Of a stretch of DNA of 64,000 nt, positions 58,415 to 64,000 are shown piece after piece (the stretch's first letter is position 1; each line of letters begins with the position of its first letter). Below the pieces are notes generated by a model, which had not been told where the DNA came from, did no database searches, and saw only the letters and a program-made list of their open reading frames with translations. Made by a program: the position numbers and the translations under genes. The DNA is from Bdellovibrionales bacterium (GTDB taxonomy: Bacteria > Bdellovibrionota > Bdellovibrionia > Bdellovibrionales > JAGQZY01): the NCBI GenBank assembly GCA_031426555.1, contig JANPLN010000065.1:8535-72534 (forward strand). Direction: 5' to 3'.

Positions 58415-60387
58415 GATTTGTCCATTTTTACGGGATGGTTTTTTAGATATTCAAAGAAAACGCAGCTGTCTTTATCTTGTTTTGCAGAACATATTTTTTC
58501 ATAAATCTGCAGAAGTATTTTGTAGTTCTCCTTGTAGCCCTCGTTCCACCTTATCGACCCAAGCGTAATGCAAGAGTCAATTTTGTTACTTTGGAAACAC
58601 GATCTACTTATATCTTCAAAAAACATACTTTTCTGTTGGGGGGTGGCTTCAGGGTTATGAAATATTCCCAAGCACGCCACTGAGTCTCCTCCTTTGCAGC
58701 CTATATTTAGTAGCTTTAAAGACTGAGATTCATTTTTATTCATAGAGTATAAATAGGAGGCCAATCTACAATTGTAATCCTGTAAACTGGCACACTTGTT
58801 CTCCCAGTCTTGAAATTGCTTGTCTTGAATTTCACCTTTTTCTTTAAAATACTTTACATGTGCGAAACGAAGCTCGCTCTCGGATTTTAAATAAAGGAGT
58901 AGACTTGCAAGAGACTTCATTTTTACAAGGGAGGCACTTGATACCCATGGAATGTTAAAAAATCCTGAGCGTATTCCCACAATTGCCTCGTCACCTTCTT
59001 TGAGTATGCCGTATTCATTTTCGCAAAATCGTACGCTACTAATTGATAGCTTGGTTTCCGGAATCTTTAAGTGATAGCAGTATTCACATTTTTGTTCTTG
59101 CAAACAGATTTTGAATTTTTCAGACAAGTAAAGGGCTTGATTTTTTGTTACAGACTCATCGAGCTTTATATTTATGAGCATTGAAAAAAGCATGATGTTT
59201 AACGAAAAAAATAGGCTTGTAATAATGATGGGAATAAACTTACTAATAGATCCTTTTTTTTGCATCTGGATGTTTGAAAACGTAAGATCTATCTCTGGAT
59301 ACTTTGCTGACAAATAATAGAGTACAGAGGCCGTCAGTGCCATTGAGCAGGTTAGCAGTGCCAGCCAGGGTTTATTTGAAACATAACTGTCGAGTCCATG
59401 TGGTGATAATTGCGACAAAATATAAAAAAGTACAAATAGTAGAGCTATGCACAGAAAAATGAACGTTCCGATAATTTTTGTTCCTAAAATATGCTTTTTT
59501 GCATTTGAAATATCTTCGGGCGTAACGACTCTTCCCATTTCTAACGAGTTTTTTTGGTTCAACCCAACCATCGTAAATAAAAGGGGATAAAAAAACGATA
59601 AAATATGAAAAGCTATATTTCTCCTGAATGCAGATAGCAGGTCCTGTGCTAGCACGGTAATTGCCAGGTCTAGATTAGTTTTCGTCAAGAAGATCAGCGT
59701 GTTAGTCGAAATTAAAAAAACATAGGATATTGCGAAGATAATAGAAATCAAAAAACGATCTTTCGTTGATATAATTTTTATTATTTTCTGGTAGAGAAAG
59801 ACCACGCCTCCAAATAAAATAATGCCGATAAGTGCAGCTGGAATTTTATCACTTATTTGCGAGATCAGAAAAAGTAGAGTACCAAGAATAATTCCGACTA
59901 CTATAGAACCTATTAGCACTGTTGAAAGGTTAAAAAAGTTGTGGTTGCCAGATGAAATATTTTTTTTCTCGTTTAATGCTAATTCTGCCTCCCTAAGTTC
60001 CATTGGAATGCTATTTAAAATCACGATATTTTTTGAATCGCCAAGGTTTTGGTGTTTTGATAGCAGACCAGTGATTTCGTCTATATATTTTTGGAATAAC
60101 TCTTCTTTGTTGTCTTTGCGCCGTACGTGTATTTGCCAGGAAATTGCTCTGATCTCATGATCTATTTGGTAGGCTCTTAAAAGTGAAGTTTTGTCCTTCC
60201 TAAATTCCTCGAGTTCCCTGACGAATTCTGGATGTACTACGTCAAATTTGGCAATTATATTATAGATCTGAGGACCAGAGCATCCGATTGAGAGCAGTTG
60301 ATTTTTATAGAGACCAAACGCAACAATCTTACCAATCTTAAAATTGTGTTTGTTTGCAAACTCAAGAATGGCTAAATCTAACATCAT
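58411..60387 (-). CDS. multi-pass membrane protein with C-terminal Cys-rich Sel1-like repeats
   Basis: about 7 hydrophobic helices; repeats such as 'KC...DYNCRLA', 'GCKGGDSVAC', 'SC...DSCITLG'. Confidence 0.7.
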   Translation of the reverse strand: MMLDLAILEFANKHNFKIGKIVAFGLYKNQLLSIGCSGPQIYNIIAKFDVVHPEFVRELEEFRKDKTSLLRAYQIDHEIRAISWQIHVRRKDNKEELFQKYIDEITGLLSKHQNLGDSKNIVILNSIPMELREAELALNEKKNISSGNHNFFNLSTVLIGSIVVGIILGTLLFLISQISDKIPAALIGIILFGGVVFLYQKIIKIISTKDRFLISIIFAISYVFLISTNTLIFLTKTNLDLAITVLAQDLLSAFRRNIAFHILSFFYPLLFTMVGLNQKNSLEMGRVVTPEDISNAKKHILGTKIIGTFIFLCIALLFVLFYILSQLSPHGLDSYVSNKPWLALLTCSMALTASVLYYLSAKYPEIDLTFSNIQMQKKGSISKFIPIIITSLFFSLNIMLFSMLINIKLDESVTKNQALYLSEKFKICLQEQKCEYCYHLKIPETKLSISSVRFCENEYGILKEGDEAIVGIRSGFFNIPWVSSASLVKMKSLASLLLYLKSESELRFAHVKYFKEKGEIQDKQFQDWENKCASLQDYNCRLASYLYSMNKNESQSLKLLNIGCKGGDSVACLGIFHNPEATPQQKSMFFEDISRSCFQSNKIDSCITLGSIRWNEGYKENYKILLQIYEKICSAKQDKDSCVFFEYLKNHPVKMDKS

Positions 60388-60400
60388 CTATCCTAACGAA

Positions 60401-61072
60401 TTATTTAAATGCTCCGGTCGTGACAGCGTCGGCAAGTATCGATTTAATGCAATTTCTTTCGAAGTTTTTCATCGCATCAGATGGAACAATCAGTTTTTTC
60501 GAAAAAATGAGCGGCGACCAACTCCATCTGGTAGAGGTGCAATTTTTGTGAAATGAGTAAATTTCATTACCTAAGTTATCGACTATATTTCCAGCCACCT
60601 CTGCAGAATCCCAGAAACCTAAAGGGATCAGACCTAGCGACCCAAGGTGGACTAGCGCCCAAGCCATGTATGGTAACAGTATGTGAGTATGACCAGCATA
60701 GCCTATTGAACGAATGTTAAGCTGTAGTTCGGATTCTTCAAGAAAAGCATTTTCCTTGATGTAATTTTTAAAGACTTCGTTTTTAGTATTTTCCAAAATA
60801 CTCTTAGGAATCGTGTGGATTTGTACCTTCGAAAAATAACCAGAATCATTTAAAATTGTTATAAGATCGTTAGTTTCGTAGTCCTCTTTGCCAGCTAATC
60901 GGGTTCCCGTCCAATACACGTCACTAGTTAGTTCCTCGTAAAAGAGTACCGTAATAGATTTCTTGAATTTGACGGGCGGTAGTTCAACCAGATGGTCGGG
61001 GTCCTTATAGTTTATATGAGTGGCACATGACGCCAATATGATAGGTAAAAAGGTGTAAAAAAAAAGACGCAT
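60401..61072 (-). CDS. hypothetical lipoprotein
   Basis: lipobox LASC; 'SLGLIP' hydrophobic segment. Confidence 0.7.
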   Translation of the reverse strand: MRLFFYTFLPIILASCATHINYKDPDHLVELPPVKFKKSITVLFYEELTSDVYWTGTRLAGKEDYETNDLITILNDSGYFSKVQIHTIPKSILENTKNEVFKNYIKENAFLEESELQLNIRSIGYAGHTHILLPYMAWALVHLGSLGLIPLGFWDSAEVAGNIVDNLGNEIYSFHKNCTSTRWSWSPLIFSKKLIVPSDAMKNFERNCIKSILADAVTTGAFK

Positions 61073-61361
61073 ATCAAATCTTCACTGTAATCCTAGGTTA
61101 AGTAAAGCAAAGTCATCTTTGCCTGGTTCGATTGCCCAGTCCGACCTAAATAAAATTCATAACATTCATTGGATATATCGGATAAATCATTCTGCGTGGG
61201 TAGCGCATGGGATGGTGCAAAAAGCCCGTGTAACATAACAGAACTTAGAAGCATCGAAAAATTGCAACAGTTGATTTTGATAAATCTAATTAGAACTGTC
61301 TCCCTCTAAATGGGAGACATGGTGAAAAGCCAAAGTGCTCTTCATACGGAATTTTTAAAGT

Positions 61362-63395
61362 CTACGAAATCAATTCCGACCGGCGCAGCAAAGCGTTGGG
61401 ATCGGGATCGCGTCCGCGGAAGTTGCGGTAAAGGACATCGGGCTCTTCGGTGCCTCCGCGACTCAAAATGTTGTCGCGGAATTTTTGCGCCACCTCTTTG
61501 TTGTAAACGCCCTTTTCAAGGAACGCCTCGAAAGCATCGGCGTCTAATACTTCCGCCCACTTGTAGCTGTAGTAGCCTGCAGAGTATCCACCCGCGAAGA
61601 TGTGCGAAAAGGTCACAGAGAAGTTCGTTCCCTCGATGCGCGGAAGCACAGCGAGTGGCTTGAGAATGGATTCTTCGAGCTCCGAGGTGTTGAGTGTGAT
61701 CCCCGGAACAATATCGTGCCACGCCAAATCCACAAGGCAAAAACTCAACTGACGAAGACTGCCGAAACCGGCGTTAAAGTTTTTACTCTTTTTAAGCTGG
61801 GTGTAGAGAGTGTCGGGCAGTAGCTCGCCGGTTTTGTGGTGTTTGGCAAAGAGCGACAGAGTTTCTTTTTCCAACGCCCAGTTTTCCATGATTTGCGATG
61901 GCAGTTCTACAAAGTCCCAAAGAACATTGGTGCCAGCAAGGCTAGGGTACGTGCAGTTGGATAAGAGGCTGTGCAATGCATGGCCGAACTCATGAAACAG
62001 CGTCTGCACTTCGCCAAAGGTGAGCAAAGACGATTCTTCCTGGGTGGGTTTTGAAAAATTACACACAATACTTACATGCGGACGATGGCGCTCTTTTCCG
62101 TCAGAGCCTTGGTCCAAAAATGTTGTCATCCAGGCGCCACCGCGTTTGTTCGCTCGCGGAAACATATCAAAATAGAGCAAACCCACAAAACCATTGGCAT
62201 CGTGCACCTCGAAAGGTTTTACGTCGGGATGGTAAACCGGTAGCTGATTGTTGGCGCGAAAGGTGAGGCCGAAAAGTTTTTGCGCGTGTTGAAAAATTCC
62301 TTCCAAGGATTTTTCCAATTGAAAATAAGGGCGCAGATCTTCTTCGCTAAATTGATAGAGTTTTTCTTTGAGCTTTTCGGAGTAGTAAGCAAAATCCCAG
62401 GGCATGATCTCGGAGATTTGGTCGAGCTCCTGCGCCAGCTCGCGAATGGCCGCCACTTCCCTTTTTGTCGCGGCGATGGAGGGCGTGAGCAGTTGGCTGA
62501 TAAAGTTGCGCACGGTGGTGGAGTTTTTAGCCATGCGTCTCGATAGAACAAAGTCCGCGTGGGTTTTATAACCCAAAAGCTGTGCGCGCTCGGCCCGCAA
62601 AACGGCAATGCGCTCACACAGAGCTGCATTACTAAACTCGTCGCGGAACGCCCGTTGATTGGAGGCTGTCCACATTTGTCGGCGCAGTTCGCGATTTTTT
62701 GCATAGGTCATAAAAGGCATCAAGCTTGGAGCATGCAAGGAGAAGTGCCATTCTCCGGTCGCTTTACTTTCCTTGGCGGTCTCCTCGGCAGCTTTGATGG
62801 CACTGTCGGGAAGGCCTTCAAGATCCTTTGCGTCTTTAATTTTTAAAGAAAAAGCATTGGTGGCCTTTAAAAGATTTTGGCCAAAACGCGGAGTGATTTG
62901 CGCAAGCTCTTTGTCAATTTCGCGCAACTTGTCTTTTTGCTCGGCATTTAAAAGCGCTCCATTGCGAGCGAAATCTTCGTAGTATTTTTTCAAAAGCATC
63001 TGTTGCTCAGACGTCAAATTGAGCTGCTCGCGCTGGTCGTACACAGTTTTAATTTTCGAAAATAAAATTTCATCCAGCTGAATGTCGTTGCCGTGTTCGG
63101 CAAGCATGGCCGAAATCTGATCCGCTTGCGCATCGATCTCGGGGCTGGTGCAGCAGTGCATGAGATTAAAAAAAACGCCCGACGCTCGTTCCAACGAGAG
63201 CGAAGCAAATTCCAAGGCTTCAATGGTGTTTGCAAAATCAGGCAAAGCTCTTTGAGTTTTGATTTTTTCAATCGTCAACTTTGCTTGCGCAATGCCGTCC
63301 TTCAGCAGACTTGTAAACTCGCTGTTGTTCAGTTGATCGAAGGGAATTGCACTGTGGGGGAGGCCGTTATTGAGGGAAAAAAGCTGTAAATTCAT
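61362..63395 (-). CDS. M3A metallopeptidase (peptidyl-dipeptidase Dcp / oligopeptidase A)
   Basis: HEFGH, KRGGAW, DFVELPSQ, FSHIFAGGYSAGYYSYKWAE. Confidence 0.93.
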   Translation of the reverse strand: MNLQLFSLNNGLPHSAIPFDQLNNSEFTSLLKDGIAQAKLTIEKIKTQRALPDFANTIEALEFASLSLERASGVFFNLMHCCTSPEIDAQADQISAMLAEHGNDIQLDEILFSKIKTVYDQREQLNLTSEQQMLLKKYYEDFARNGALLNAEQKDKLREIDKELAQITPRFGQNLLKATNAFSLKIKDAKDLEGLPDSAIKAAEETAKESKATGEWHFSLHAPSLMPFMTYAKNRELRRQMWTASNQRAFRDEFSNAALCERIAVLRAERAQLLGYKTHADFVLSRRMAKNSTTVRNFISQLLTPSIAATKREVAAIRELAQELDQISEIMPWDFAYYSEKLKEKLYQFSEEDLRPYFQLEKSLEGIFQHAQKLFGLTFRANNQLPVYHPDVKPFEVHDANGFVGLLYFDMFPRANKRGGAWMTTFLDQGSDGKERHRPHVSIVCNFSKPTQEESSLLTFGEVQTLFHEFGHALHSLLSNCTYPSLAGTNVLWDFVELPSQIMENWALEKETLSLFAKHHKTGELLPDTLYTQLKKSKNFNAGFGSLRQLSFCLVDLAWHDIVPGITLNTSELEESILKPLAVLPRIEGTNFSVTFSHIFAGGYSAGYYSYKWAEVLDADAFEAFLEKGVYNKEVAQKFRDNILSRGGTEEPDVLYRNFRGRDPDPNALLRRSELIS

Positions 63396-63446
63396 GCCTT
63401 GCAGAGTAGCACGTTCTCGAGGTGAGTAAAGGCTTTGATCGCCGCG

Positions 63447-64000
63447 CTATCGAGGAGAAAGTATGACTTCTTTGGTCTCGTTGATGTTGACCATGACGCG
63501 GGTTTCTTTGCTGGTGCCGGAAATGGGGTTGACTGTGGTCAGGACGATTTCCTTGTTGGCATCAACCACCAGTTTTTCGCCATTGCGAAGTTTACGCGTT
63601 CCCAGGAAAGCTTCTCCGCCAACGACGCGGACAACGATGGAGCCGGACGGAATGCTCGTTAACTTAAACGATAAAAAATTGCCTGGGGGGAGACCATTGT
63701 AACGGCGAGATTCATTTTGGTAGCCGCCCAGTGAGAGCGATAACAAGAAGGGTTTGCTGCCATCCACTTCAACCTCGGCCGGCGTCATTTGGTTGGTGGG
63801 CTTGGAATTTATATAAATATGGGCGCCGATGGGATCGCTCGTGACCTTCAGAAGCGGCTGCGTTTTCGAAGCTAACTGCGACTGGCCTGCACCCTCTTGG
63901 AAACACTGCAAGGGCAATCCCATGGATTTTAGTTGTGAACACTGCTTAGCCACAAGGTAAGGACGCATTTCGTTAACCACCCCAAAACCGCCAATGCCAA
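63447..64000 (-). CDS. PEGA-domain protein, 5'-truncated by window edge
   Basis: LKVTSDPIGAHIYIN...TPAEV...LSLGGY. Confidence 0.7.
   Translation of the reverse strand, partial: GIGGFGVVNEMRPYLVAKQCSQLKSMGLPLQCFQEGAGQSQLASKTQPLLKVTSDPIGAHIYINSKPTNQMTPAEVEVDGSKPFLLSLSLGGYQNESRRYNGLPPGNFLSFKLTSIPSGSIVVRVVGGEAFLGTRKLRNGEKLVVDANKEIVLTTVNPISGTSKETRVMVNINETKEVILSPR

Noticed and set aside
1..64000. Numerous 60-170 aa antisense or overlapping ORFs in the ORF track; rRNA/tRNA genes
   Set aside because: The ORFs lie within well-supported genes and lack motifs; no tRNA cloverleaf or rRNA-like sequence was seen.

Overview
Bacterial chromosomal segment, probably from a Bdellovibrionota-type predator. This is an inference from gene style: many signal-peptide hydrolases and lipoproteins, hpt-upp salvage genes and a long-linker FtsZ. 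The backbone is a division/cell-wall (dcw) cluster broken into four blocks (rsmH-ftsL-ftsI | murE-murF-mraY-murD | ftsW-murG-murC-murB | ftsQ-ftsA-ftsZ-lpxH) by about 10.2, 2.4 and 4.0 kb of accessory genes. Other housekeeping genes include a pseudouridine synthase, ptrB, dsbD, lspA, dacB, hpt, upp, recN, nadK and an M3 peptidase. Two signals stand out. (1) Four copies of a 137-172 bp intergenic element have a conserved ~50-nt two-hairpin core enclosed by 44-61 bp inverted arms. The arms differ between copies yet stay self-complementary, with compensatory changes and all substitution mismatches reading as G·U on the same element strand. Two copies form an inverted doublet and two bracket a 4.7-kb TetR/lipid-modification module. 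(2) A ~1460-aa superfamily-2 helicase carries an N-terminal Sec-type signal peptide and a C-terminal C-x-x-x-F tail, suggesting an exported helicase. No rRNA, tRNA, CRISPR array, integrase or transposase was recognised.
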